A stretch of 64,000 bases of DNA from an uncultured Clostridia bacterium. Its GTDB lineage: Bacteria; Bacillota; Clostridia; Christensenellales; UBA3700. Below the pieces are notes generated by a model that saw only the letters and a program-made list of their open reading frames with translations, did no database searches and was not told the origin of the DNA. Location of the stretch: NCBI GenBank assembly GCA_947646415.1, contig CANSGN010000004.1, positions 3,743 to 67,742 on the forward strand. Reading direction: 5' to 3'. Position numbers and translations under genes: made by a program. Within the stretch, counting starts at the first letter, position 1, and each line of letters begins with the position of its first letter. Of this stretch, positions 26,363 to 35,248 are shown piece after piece.

Positions 26363-26683
26363 TCATCCGACATTTACTAATTTTTTATTACGTCTTTCGT
26401 ATTCTCTGCACAATTTTAAATATTTGTTTGCAAGCTCCAAAACATATCTATTTTTGCCATCGTCGGATAAACTTTTATAATAAGTTTCATCCATTAGTTT
26501 TGAAATTGGATTAAGCACAACTTCGTCACTTTCGATAATAGATGCAACAACTTCGTACATTTCGTTGTCAACCTGCTCGATTTCTTGCATTATAGCAATT
26601 TTTTCATTTTTAACTTGCGACCAATATCCGCTTTTTATGCGTGACTTGGCTTGTTTTGCCACACTTTGAATTGAACTTTTCAT
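26363..26683 (-). CDS. Hypothetical protein
   Basis: 106-aa ORF with RBS AAGGAGAG. No family recognised. Confidence 0.5.
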   Translation of the reverse strand: MKSSIQSVAKQAKSRIKSGYWSQVKNEKIAIMQEIEQVDNEMYEVVASIIESDEVVLNPISKLMDETYYKSLSDDGKNRYVLELANKYLKLCREYERRNKKLVNVG

Positions 26684-26976
26684 TATTAACTCTCCTTAAA
26701 ACACATTTTAACATTTTCACACTCCTTTGTAATTAAAATCATTTTTGTCAAGTGAACAACTTCCATTTAGTAGGAATTTAATTAATGTTTAAAATTTGCC
26801 ATATATTTATAAATAATAGGCAATTTAAAAGGAAGTGTCAATTTTAAACATTGCTTACAAAACAAATAAATTAAAAATCACTTCCCATTGTTTTTATTAA
26901 GTTTTATCTTTTAGTTTATTAAAAAAATTGTGCTATTTGTTATTCAATGCGAACATTTACATTCCGCTTTTTTTCG

Positions 26977-27004
26977 ACAAAAAATAACCTCGCAATGCGA
27001 GGTT
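26977..27004 (-). terminator. Intrinsic terminator after rpsU
   Basis: Stem AACCTCGC / GCGAGGTT with loop AAT. On the minus strand it is followed by a T-run. Confidence 0.65.
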
Positions 27005-27011
27005 AAATAAA

Positions 27012-27191
27012 TTATGCTTTATACATTCTTTTTCTTGCAGCTTCTGCCTTTTTCTTTCTTTTTACGCTTGGTTTTTCATAAGCTTCTTTACGACGAAGGT
27101 CACCAATGATACCGTCTCTCGCACATTTTCTTTTAAAACGGCGAATAGCGCTGTCCAAAGACTCATTTTCTCCAACTCTAATTGTAGACAT
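27012..27191 (-). CDS. rpsU: 30S ribosomal protein S21
   Basis: Not in the ORF track (59 aa). [59 protein letters not shown], a classic S21 sequence. Confidence 0.9.
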   Translation of the reverse strand: MSTIRVGENESLDSAIRRFKRKCARDGIIGDLRRKEAYEKPSVKRKKKAEAARKRMYKA

Positions 27192-27281
27192 ACCTTTTGT
27201 CCCCCTCCTTCCCTCAGATGCGGATTTAATTACTATTTAATTATACTGATTTTTAAAATAATGTCAAGCAAAAAATATAAA

Positions 27282-27620
27282 TTATCCCATTTTTTCTGAT
27301 AATTTTTCGCCACCAAGTATATGAATATGCAAATGTCCCACCGATTGACAGCCGTTTTCGCCTTTATTAGACACAATCCTAAATCCATCCTGCAAACCAA
27401 GGCTGTCTGCAAGCTCGCCAATGGTTTTCAACATTTTGCCAACAATTTTAGCTTGTTTTTTATCCATTTCAACTATATTAGCAAAATGCACTTTTGGGAT
27501 AGCCAAATAATGCTTTGCTGCTTGCGGTGCAATATCGTTTATGATAATCATTTTTTTATCTTCATAAACTTTTGTGCTTGGTATTTCGCCTTTGATAATT
27601 TTACAAAAAATACAATCCAT
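27282..27620 (-). CDS. HIT-family (histidine triad) nucleotide hydrolase
   Basis: 112 aa with the histidine triad HLHIHILGG. Confidence 0.9.
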   Translation of the reverse strand: MDCIFCKIIKGEIPSTKVYEDKKMIIINDIAPQAAKHYLAIPKVHFANIVEMDKKQAKIVGKMLKTIGELADSLGLQDGFRIVSNKGENGCQSVGHLHIHILGGEKLSEKMG

Positions 27621-27722
27621 ATACTTCCTCCGATAATAGATATTATATTGTTTTTTTTAATTTTTAAGTAATAAATTTATTTTTATAATTTTACTGTAAA
27701 TGATATAAGTCTAATAATAAAA

Positions 27723-27743
27723 CCTTTTGAAAATCGGTACTAA
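27723..27743 (+). repeat. Dispersed intergenic motif, copy b
   Basis: CCTTTTGAAAATCGGTACTAA, between the mtaB stop and the HIT gene start. Confidence 0.5.
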
Positions 27744-27763
27744 TTTTTATTTATTATCTTTTA

Positions 27764-28981
27764 TTATACTAATACTTCATTTTCTTCATCATAAAATTTC
27801 GGTACAAATTGTTGCAAACTTCCCTCTTCTCCCTCGCATTTTACTTTTACATATTCCCTTGTGTACCCGCCGTCAATTTCGACCAAAACCTCCACAGTTT
27901 TTCCAATAAATGAGCGGTAATACGCAGCCTTATTTTCTTTTGCGATTTCCTCAAGCAATTTAGTACGTCTTTTTACAATTTCGCCATCCAACATTTTATA
28001 TTTAGCGGCAACTGTACCCTCGCGTTTAGAGTATGCAAAAATATGAATATCCGAAAACTTGATTTTGCTAACAAACCGCAAAGTGTTTTCAAACTCCCTC
28101 TCGCTTTCTGTAGGGAAACCACAAATCAAATCGGTTGTGATTGCAGCTGTAGGATAAAACCGCCTTATAAGTGCAACTTTTTCGGCATAAAATGCGGATG
28201 TATATTTCCTGTTCATATTTTTCAAGGTATTGTCATCCCCGCTTTGCAAGGACAAATGAAAATGCGGACAAAATTTTTGCAATTTTTTAGTGTTTTGCAA
28301 AAATTCTTCGGTAATTACCCGAGCTTCCAATGAGCCAAATCTTATGCGGACATTTATATGCGATAAATTTAAAATCAAGTTACTAAGTGTTGTACCTATA
28401 TCCAAACCGTAACTCGACATATCTATGCCTGTCAATACTATTTCGTTTGTCAAGCTTTGCAGTCTTTCACATTCGCTTACAATGCTATTTATACTTCTTG
28501 AGCGGGAACGCCCGCGCAAATATGGTATTATACAATAGGAACAAAAGTTATTGCAACCATCTTGAATCTTAACATAAGCCCTGGTTCTTACCAAATCGGG
28601 TTGCAACTCTTCCCCGTAATCTTTTGAAATTGGTGTAACGTAAATACCTTTTTGTTCAAGTATTTCTGGAATTTTGTTTTTATTTGCAACTCCGCTAATA
28701 TATGTAACGCCGTTTTTACCCTCAAATTGAGTGGCGTTATGTTGCGATGCACATCCACATACGATTATTTTGGCGTCCTTATTAAAATGCAAACAACGGC
28801 TTATTGCCTGACGTGATTTTTTTTCCGCTTCGTTAGTAACTGCACAAGTATTTAAAATATAGCAATCTGCATACTCCAAGCTGTCCGAAACTTCATACCC
28901 CAAACTTGCAAGTTTCGTAAGTATACCGTCACTTTCATATTGATTGACTTTACACCCCAAATTGTATACTACAATTTTCAT
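27764..28981 (-). CDS. mtaB: tRNA (N6-threonylcarbamoyladenosine) methylthiotransferase MtaB (MiaB-like radical SAM)
   Basis: Start moved to MKIVVYNLGCKVNQYES (ATG 28981, overlapping the rsmE stop as ATGA). Radical-SAM CNNFCSYC motif and a TRAM-like C-terminus. Confidence 0.85.
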   Translation of the reverse strand: MKIVVYNLGCKVNQYESDGILTKLASLGYEVSDSLEYADCYILNTCAVTNEAEKKSRQAISRCLHFNKDAKIIVCGCASQHNATQFEGKNGVTYISGVANKNKIPEILEQKGIYVTPISKDYGEELQPDLVRTRAYVKIQDGCNNFCSYCIIPYLRGRSRSRSINSIVSECERLQSLTNEIVLTGIDMSSYGLDIGTTLSNLILNLSHINVRIRFGSLEARVITEEFLQNTKKLQKFCPHFHLSLQSGDDNTLKNMNRKYTSAFYAEKVALIRRFYPTAAITTDLICGFPTESEREFENTLRFVSKIKFSDIHIFAYSKREGTVAAKYKMLDGEIVKRRTKLLEEIAKENKAAYYRSFIGKTVEVLVEIDGGYTREYVKVKCEGEEGSLQQFVPKFYDEENEVLV

Positions 28982-29709
28982 CTGCTCATTTCCCCTAACT
29001 CGTACATAACTATACCACACACTACTATCGATGCTGTTTCGCATCTCATAATTCTGTTGCCCAATGTAACGGATACAGCACCGCTCAATTTGCATTTATC
29101 AATTTCCTGCTCGCTAAAACCGCCCTCGCTACCGATAATAATTGCAAGATTATCGCCGTTAAGAGACTTTAATTCGTTTTTTATACAATTTAACTTTTCA
29201 TTTTCGTAGCAAACTAAAACTTTATCAAAGTTATTTAATTTTTGCAACATTTCATCAAATGTCAACAACCCATAAATTTTGGAAAGCCTTGACCTACCGC
29301 ATTGTTTGCAAGCTTCAACATTGATTTTGTGTAGTCTATCAATATTAAACTTCTTTTCGCTCACATAATCGGAATTGAAAAAAACTATATTCTGCACCCC
29401 AAGTTCAACTGCTTTTTGAACAATCAAATCGGCTTTATCCCCTTTTGGTAATGCTTGAAACAAAGTTATTCCAACTTTTGTTTTGCACTCATTATTTATT
29501 ATTTTGTAGACTGTCGCTTGTGCATAATCTTTTTCAATCAAATCTATTGTACACAAATAATCTTTTCCGTCACTGTCATTGCAAACTATAATTTGATATC
29601 CGACTTTATATCTTAAAACTTTTGTCAAATGCCAAAATTCGTCGCCACAAATAGTTACGACATTATCGGTTATATCATCTGAATTTACATAAAATCTTCT
29701 AATTTCCAT
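28978..29709 (-). CDS. rsmE: 16S rRNA (uracil1498-N3)-methyltransferase RsmE
   Basis: 243 aa. RsmE family with the C-terminal IIIGSEGGFSEQE motif. Conserved prmA-rsmE-mtaB order. Confidence 0.85.
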   Translation of the reverse strand: MEIRRFYVNSDDITDNVVTICGDEFWHLTKVLRYKVGYQIIVCNDSDGKDYLCTIDLIEKDYAQATVYKIINNECKTKVGITLFQALPKGDKADLIVQKAVELGVQNIVFFNSDYVSEKKFNIDRLHKINVEACKQCGRSRLSKIYGLLTFDEMLQKLNNFDKVLVCYENEKLNCIKNELKSLNGDNLAIIIGSEGGFSEQEIDKCKLSGAVSVTLGNRIMRCETASIVVCGIVMYELGEMSR

Positions 29710-29710
29710 A

Positions 29711-30649
29711 CTATTTAACTGCTTTATTTTTTAATCTCAAGCCGCACCATTCGCCCAAAACAACCGACTTGTCCAAAATATATCCTTTATCTAAATACGC
29801 TTTTAGCACATCATCATATCTTTTGTGAATAATGCCGGACAAAATTATATATCCATCTTTTTTAAGTACATTGCCAATGTTTACTGATAAGGCAATCAAT
29901 ATATCCGCAGTTATGTTTGCAAATACAATATCGCCTTTTACGGTTGCATTTTCCAACAAATCTGCTTGTGTGATTACAGCATTTTTAATATTATTCAGTT
30001 CCGCATTTTCATGGCAAGCCTTTACCGCAAGCGGTGCAATGTCACTCAAATATACACTCTCTGCACCGCAAATACTTGCACTTATACCCAATATGCCACT
30101 GCCTGCACCTATATCAAGTACACTTTTGCCTATGCAATCAAGTTCCCCAAACAGCTCCAAACAAAGTCTTGTGCTTTCGTGTGAGCCTGTGCCAAAAGCC
30201 ATACCCGGGTCAATCAAAACCACACGTTCATCCGCTTCAGAGGTATATTTAATCCATTTAGGCACAATTACAATCTTGCCAATATGTATCGGTTTGTAGT
30301 ATTTTTTCCATTCGTTTACCCAATCGGCATCGTCCAAATCGCAAACTTCAACTTCCAAACTGCCAAGCTCAAAGGGCGAGTTTTGTTTTAACTCCTCCAA
30401 ACCATCAAGTACATTCACGTAAATACTCTCAAAATTTTCTACATTATAAAAGCCTTTAACCTTTACGATTGGGCTTTGCTCCAAAACAGTTGGCTCAATA
30501 TAGTCCCATATAATGTCGCTTTTAATAAGTTCCAAAATATCTTTACTGTCATAAATACTAACCCCGTCACTGCCACAGTCATAAAGCACCATCGCAACCA
30601 AATCACTGCCCTCGGTAGTGGTATTTACTGTTATTTGCTTATATTTCAT
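29711..30649 (-). CDS. prmA: Ribosomal protein L11 methyltransferase
   Basis: 312 aa. SAM motif VLDIGAGSGILGI and the PrmA N-terminal domain. Confidence 0.9.
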   Translation of the reverse strand: MKYKQITVNTTTEGSDLVAMVLYDCGSDGVSIYDSKDILELIKSDIIWDYIEPTVLEQSPIVKVKGFYNVENFESIYVNVLDGLEELKQNSPFELGSLEVEVCDLDDADWVNEWKKYYKPIHIGKIVIVPKWIKYTSEADERVVLIDPGMAFGTGSHESTRLCLELFGELDCIGKSVLDIGAGSGILGISASICGAESVYLSDIAPLAVKACHENAELNNIKNAVITQADLLENATVKGDIVFANITADILIALSVNIGNVLKKDGYIILSGIIHKRYDDVLKAYLDKGYILDKSVVLGEWCGLRLKNKAVK

Positions 30650-31365
30650 TTATTTTCTATTTCTCCGAATTTTATTAATGCCTGTTTACTGCATTTCTTT
30701 TCCGCTTCTTGTTTCTTTTTACCTGTTGCCTCGCAAATCACTTCGCCATTTACTATTAATTGCATTGTAAATGTCAAGTCGTGAGGAGGCCCCGAAATTT
30801 CTTTTGTCTCAAACGCCAAAGCCCACTTTTTTGCACTGCAATACTCATAAAGCATAGACTTGTAATCGTAATTATCGTTTTTCATCTCGGCAGTAATGTA
30901 AGGTTTTAAATACTTTAAAATAAATTGTCGAGTAGCTTTTAGACCATTACTATCCAAATAAATTGCGGCAATTATAGACTCAAAAAAGTCACTTTTTATT
31001 TTTTTACTTAAAGCCACTGTATTTTTGTCAAACAAAATATACTCAACTATTTTACTGCTGTCAATAATAGCGGCAAGTGGCTCGCGACTTACGATATTTG
31101 CCCTAAATTTACTCAATCTACCCTCGTCAAATTGTGGATAATTTCTGTAAAGTTCGTCGGCTATTACAAAGTCAAGGATAGAGTCTCCAAGATACTCCAT
31201 TCTTTGATAACTTTCCCCGTCATTCCCCTTTAAAACATTATAAGAGCTGTGTGTAATCGCACGTTGCAACAACTTTTTATCGTTGAACGAATAACCGATT
31301 ATTTTTTCAACAGCTTTTACATTGGTGTACTCTAAATTGTCCTCATTATTTTTCCTGATTATCAT
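30646..31365 (-). CDS. rnc: Ribonuclease III
   Basis: 239 aa. RNase III signature MEYLGDSILDF and a C-terminal dsRBD (TGKKKQEAEKKCSKQAL). Confidence 0.9.
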   Translation of the reverse strand: MIIRKNNEDNLEYTNVKAVEKIIGYSFNDKKLLQRAITHSSYNVLKGNDGESYQRMEYLGDSILDFVIADELYRNYPQFDEGRLSKFRANIVSREPLAAIIDSSKIVEYILFDKNTVALSKKIKSDFFESIIAAIYLDSNGLKATRQFILKYLKPYITAEMKNDNYDYKSMLYEYCSAKKWALAFETKEISGPPHDLTFTMQLIVNGEVICEATGKKKQEAEKKCSKQALIKFGEIENK

Positions 31366-32377
31366 TTTCCTCTAACCCACTCAAATTTTCCTTGATTTTT
31401 TGCACTATATTATTGTTTATTAATAGCATTGCCTGTTCGATACAACGGCAAATACTTGCTTGTTTGGAAGAACCATGTGCTTTTACGATAATGCTATCTA
31501 CACCAAGCACAGTACCTCCTGCCTGTTCGTTTACATCCATTGTGGATTTTAACTTTCTAACAGCTGGCTTAATCAAAAGTCCGCCGATTTTTTGTAGTAA
31601 ACTTCCGTTTTTTATGCTATCCTTTATCATTTTCATAACGCATAAAGCTGTTCCCTCAATGGTCTTTAATGCCACATTTCCGCTAAAGCCATCGCAAACT
31701 ACTACGTCATAATCGCCTGATAAAATATCTCTCGCCTCGACATTGCCTACAAAATTAATTGATTTAGTACCCTCTAAAATAGGATAAGTTTCCTTTACCA
31801 ATTCGTTACCCTTGCCTTTTTCCTGTCCGTTGCTCAATATTGCGACAGTTGGGTTTTGAACTCCGAATAACGACTCAACATAACAACTACCCATAATAGC
31901 AAAATGTTGCAAGTTGATAGGTTTGCAATCTGCATTTGCACCGCAATCTACAAGCACAAAACATTTTCCGTCAACAGCAGTAGGCAAACTAGGCGCCAAG
32001 CATGGTCTGCTTATCCCCTTAATTCTTTTTGCGATAAAAAGCGATGCGGTAAGCAATGCCCCTGTATTACCCGAACTTACTACACCGTCAATAGAGCTGT
32101 CTTCCTTTGCCATACGCAATGCCTTTACCATAGAAGAATCTTTCTTTTCACGCACTGCAATAGTAGGCACGTCATCATTAGTAATAACCTCGCTGCAATC
32201 GCAAACGGTTATTTTATTTCCTTTATAGTTATTTGCTAAAACTTGTTTTATTTCGCTTTCTTTTCCGCAAATTACAATTTCCAAATCTTTATGTTTTTCT
32301 ACAGCTTGTATTGCACCAAGCACAGCTTGCTCAGGATAATCTCCGCCTTGTCCGTCTAAAACTATTTTCATAAGCAC
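31346..32377 (-). CDS. plsX: Phosphate acyltransferase PlsX
   Basis: 343 aa. N-terminal KIVLDGQGGDYPEQ and overall PlsX profile. Confidence 0.9.
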   Translation of the reverse strand: MLMKIVLDGQGGDYPEQAVLGAIQAVEKHKDLEIVICGKESEIKQVLANNYKGNKITVCDCSEVITNDDVPTIAVREKKDSSMVKALRMAKEDSSIDGVVSSGNTGALLTASLFIAKRIKGISRPCLAPSLPTAVDGKCFVLVDCGANADCKPINLQHFAIMGSCYVESLFGVQNPTVAILSNGQEKGKGNELVKETYPILEGTKSINFVGNVEARDILSGDYDVVVCDGFSGNVALKTIEGTALCVMKMIKDSIKNGSLLQKIGGLLIKPAVRKLKSTMDVNEQAGGTVLGVDSIIVKAHGSSKQASICRCIEQAMLLINNNIVQKIKENLSGLEENDNQEK

Positions 32378-32563
32378 TCCTATTTATGCAAATTAATATT
32401 TATACATAATAATTTTATCATAAATTATAAAATTTTACAATAATTTTTTTATAATTAATAATATATATTTTATTTAAGTACAAATTTAATTCACATTTGT
32501 TTATTTAGCTAACAATTCATTTTGTAAATAATCAATTATCTATTTTTCAAAAAAGCAATAAAA

Positions 32564-32584
32564 CCTTTCAAAAATCGGTACTAA
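32564..32584 (+). repeat. Dispersed intergenic motif, copy c
   Basis: CCTTTCAAAAATCGGTACTAA, between the stop of 32674..33369 and the plsX start. Confidence 0.5.
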
Positions 32585-32673
32585 ATTTAAAAATTGGCAG
32601 AACAAGTTATACATTCTACCAATTAATCGTAATCACTATTAAATATTAAGAATATTAAATTTGAAGCAAAATT

Positions 32674-33369
32674 TTACTTTGTATGAATGTTTAACACATC
32701 ATTTTCGCTGTCATAAGTTGCAAGTATGACTTTTTTAAGGTCCTCTTTAGATTTTACATTTAATCTTCTAAGCAGCCATTCTTCCCCTTTATTTGCCTCG
32801 CCTAAACCAGAATATGAAATATCTCCGTCAACTACCAATACATTGCTTAGTTGTGCTTGTTTAATTTTAATTCCGCTTAAATCTTCTGCAACAACAGGTC
32901 GTTGATTACCTTTTGGCAATACGGAAAGTTCTCCGCTCGTCTCAAAAATCGCATAAGCAACATCTTCTATATCAAAAAAGCCCTTTTCCCTAAGCATTGA
33001 AAGCAAGTCGTTGACATCGATTTTGCTTTTCTTAAGCTCTGCATAATTAATTTTGCCCTCGTATATAACTGTAATTGGCTTACCTTTCATCAATCTTTTA
33101 AAAAAGGTACATTTCCTGCCAACAATATCTACAAGTAATGCCAATAGCATGAATATTGCCATTGCAATTAAAAAATAGTAAAACGGAACTTCCGAGTTTA
33201 TTGCCATTTCCGCAGCTATTGACCCCAAAGATATACCTACGGCATAGTCTATGAACTCAAGTTGAGCTATTTGTTTTTTACCCAATATTTTGGATATTAT
33301 AAATAAAAATATAAATGAAACTACCGAATTGATAAGCACCCAATAAATTGGCTCGATTCCAAATTGCAT
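32674..33369 (-). CDS. DUF421 (YetF-like) membrane protein
   Basis: Start moved to MQFGIEPIYW (ATG 33369 after GGGGGTG). Three N-terminal TM helices plus a soluble C-terminal domain, as in the YetF/YdfS family (from memory). Confidence 0.65.
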   Translation of the reverse strand: MQFGIEPIYWVLINSVVSFIFLFIISKILGKKQIAQLEFIDYAVGISLGSIAAEMAINSEVPFYYFLIAMAIFMLLALLVDIVGRKCTFFKRLMKGKPITVIYEGKINYAELKKSKIDVNDLLSMLREKGFFDIEDVAYAIFETSGELSVLPKGNQRPVVAEDLSGIKIKQAQLSNVLVVDGDISYSGLGEANKGEEWLLRRLNVKSKEDLKKVILATYDSENDVLNIHTK

Positions 33370-33497
33370 ATTACACCCCCACATAAATACATTTTGCAAT
33401 TTTTACCAATTTATACAATTAATTATTATCTAATTGCAATTTTTTGTAAATTACTCTATCAAACAAAAAAAACAAGCAGTAATGCTTGTTTTTTTAT

Positions 33498-33517
33498 TTA
33501 ACCCCGATTTTCAAAGG
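33498..33517 (-). repeat. Dispersed intergenic motif, copy d
   Basis: Plus strand TTAACCCCGATTTTCAAAGG, 6 nt past the stop of 33524..35026 and next to the terminator hairpin AACAAGCA/TGCTTGTT (about 33471..33495). Confidence 0.45.
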
Positions 33518-33523
33518 TTTATC

Positions 33524-35026
33524 TCAATAAATGTAGTTTACTCCGTTTATAAAAGGAATATCGTTTGCCGTCTTAATATTATATATTCCTCTTGAAAGTT
33601 TAATACCGATAGCCTTATTTTGAATATCTCCGTTTATTGTAAAAGTAATCTTTTGTTGTCCGTAAGTAATAAGTTTTTTGCAATCGTAAGCCGAAATATA
33701 ATAGCTTTTTGCACTACTTTCGTCTATTACCCCATCCGCCTTATTTGCGACAACCAACTCCATATTTTTGATTGTAAGCGGGGTGCCTAATCCGTAATTT
33801 GTAATAACAAAGGATATTTCGGTTTTGCCATTTTGTTTTTCTACTTTCAAATTATCCAAAACAAACACATATCCCAAATAATCTCTTAAATACTCGTATA
33901 CCGACCTTTGTATACTTTCGCCGTTTGAATTTTTAAACCAATTTTCATAATACGGCAATTTGTTTTCCTTTAGTATTTCCCTAGTTACAAACTCATTTTT
34001 CCACCTTGCAATATTATGACTATTCCTTACAATGCCGTCCGTGCCTTTTCTATCTTCCTTATAATTGTGTTTTATACTTAGCGTACCCATACAATGCTCA
34101 CGCATTTGTTTTAAAAAGTTTATTCCGTCTATTTTTTCGTCCGGCTCTTCAGTATAACCGCCCCAAGGCATCTCTCCGTCATTCAATCTATATGGTGCGT
34201 TATTAAAAAACTTTTTATAGTCCTTACTTTTATATTTATCCCCTGCGGTATTCCAAGGATGAGGTCTGCCTATTAAAAAGTCATTATGATAGCCGACATA
34301 TTCGGAGTTAAAATTTTTATCCGTTTGATTAACAACACGCATATATCTCCCTTGAAAATATGTTCCGTCAGGAAAAGCATCGATTATAGCATTTAATATT
34401 TTTTTCTCGTTGTATTTTTCCGATGTTGCGCCCCACTCGCCCCAAGCTCCTATAATACCAAATTGATAGGCAGTTACTGTATCTTTTATAAGTTGCTCGT
34501 TCCTAATATTAAACTGTTTTATTTGCTCTAAATGAGTTAAGACAATATCCTGTTTAGGGCTGCTGTTTGTAGGCTGAGTATAATCATAAGCAAACCTCAA
34601 CAGCATACTCAAATTAAGCGAGCGTATAAATTGAAAATATTCTTTCATTTGATTAAGTGCCAAATCGTCAAGCGGCTTTTTATTGTATTCCGTCAAATAA
34701 ATATACACCTGTATTTCAACAGCTTTATCCTCTTTGTAAAATTCCAATTCTTCTTCTAGCATTTCGTAGCCGTCACTACCCTCGTCCTCCGGCCATGCCC
34801 TGCCACTACCTAAAGTATAATAAGTTTCAAGCCTAAATCCTCTGTCAATGTTTGATAAAAGTTCTTCGCTTTTATCCCCACTTAGCTGATTTATACTCCC
34901 GTCGGGGGCATATTCGAGCGATAAGTCATTTAATGTAATTACGCTTTGATAACTGCAGCCTGCAAGTATTGCAATCATAGCTACAACTAAAACAAAAACG
35001 CTTACCAATTTTATTTTTAATTTCAT
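33524..35026 (-). CDS. Lipoprotein, glycoside-hydrolase-like (DUF4874/DUF4832-like), paralog 1
   Basis: 500 aa with lipobox LAGCS. Shares DRGFR, YIYLTEY, LLRFAYDY, IGAWGEWG and DGEMPWG motifs with 51598..53007. DUF assignment is from memory only. Confidence 0.6.
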   Translation of the reverse strand: MKLKIKLVSVFVLVVAMIAILAGCSYQSVITLNDLSLEYAPDGSINQLSGDKSEELLSNIDRGFRLETYYTLGSGRAWPEDEGSDGYEMLEEELEFYKEDKAVEIQVYIYLTEYNKKPLDDLALNQMKEYFQFIRSLNLSMLLRFAYDYTQPTNSSPKQDIVLTHLEQIKQFNIRNEQLIKDTVTAYQFGIIGAWGEWGATSEKYNEKKILNAIIDAFPDGTYFQGRYMRVVNQTDKNFNSEYVGYHNDFLIGRPHPWNTAGDKYKSKDYKKFFNNAPYRLNDGEMPWGGYTEEPDEKIDGINFLKQMREHCMGTLSIKHNYKEDRKGTDGIVRNSHNIARWKNEFVTREILKENKLPYYENWFKNSNGESIQRSVYEYLRDYLGYVFVLDNLKVEKQNGKTEISFVITNYGLGTPLTIKNMELVVANKADGVIDESSAKSYYISAYDCKKLITYGQQKITFTINGDIQNKAIGIKLSRGIYNIKTANDIPFINGVNYIY

Positions 35027-35189
35027 AAAAACCTCATCAAAACAATTTTATAAATATTTTATATCAAAAAAAACGCAGTTTGTTCAATACCTTATATAAA
35101 AATAAACTTTATGGTGCTTAATATTAATAAAAACTACTTGAATGTGTAAAAAAACTAACAATAAAAGCAATTTAAATATAAATTAACAA

Positions 35190-35216
35190 CAATAAAAGGC
35201 TGTCATAAGACAGCCT
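35190..35216 (-). terminator. Intrinsic terminator after pck
   Basis: Stem AGGCTGTC / GACAGCCT with loop ATAA and T-rich sequence downstream on the minus strand. Confidence 0.65.
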
Positions 35217-35248
35217 AAAATTTGTTTTATATCATTTAAATTTAAAAA

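Noticed and set aside
27764-29095. N-terminal extensions of track ORFs (mtaB to 29095, HAD to 14885, pgi to 19171, pck to 37033, DUF421 to 33399, yajC to 53735, FAD oxidoreductase from 46737, 60243 start, ruvA to 57874, TIM barrel to 62883)
   Set aside because: In each case an internal ATG with a good Shine-Dalgarno sequence coincides with the conserved family N-terminus. The upstream extension either overlaps the preceding gene or begins at a non-ATG codon without an RBS.
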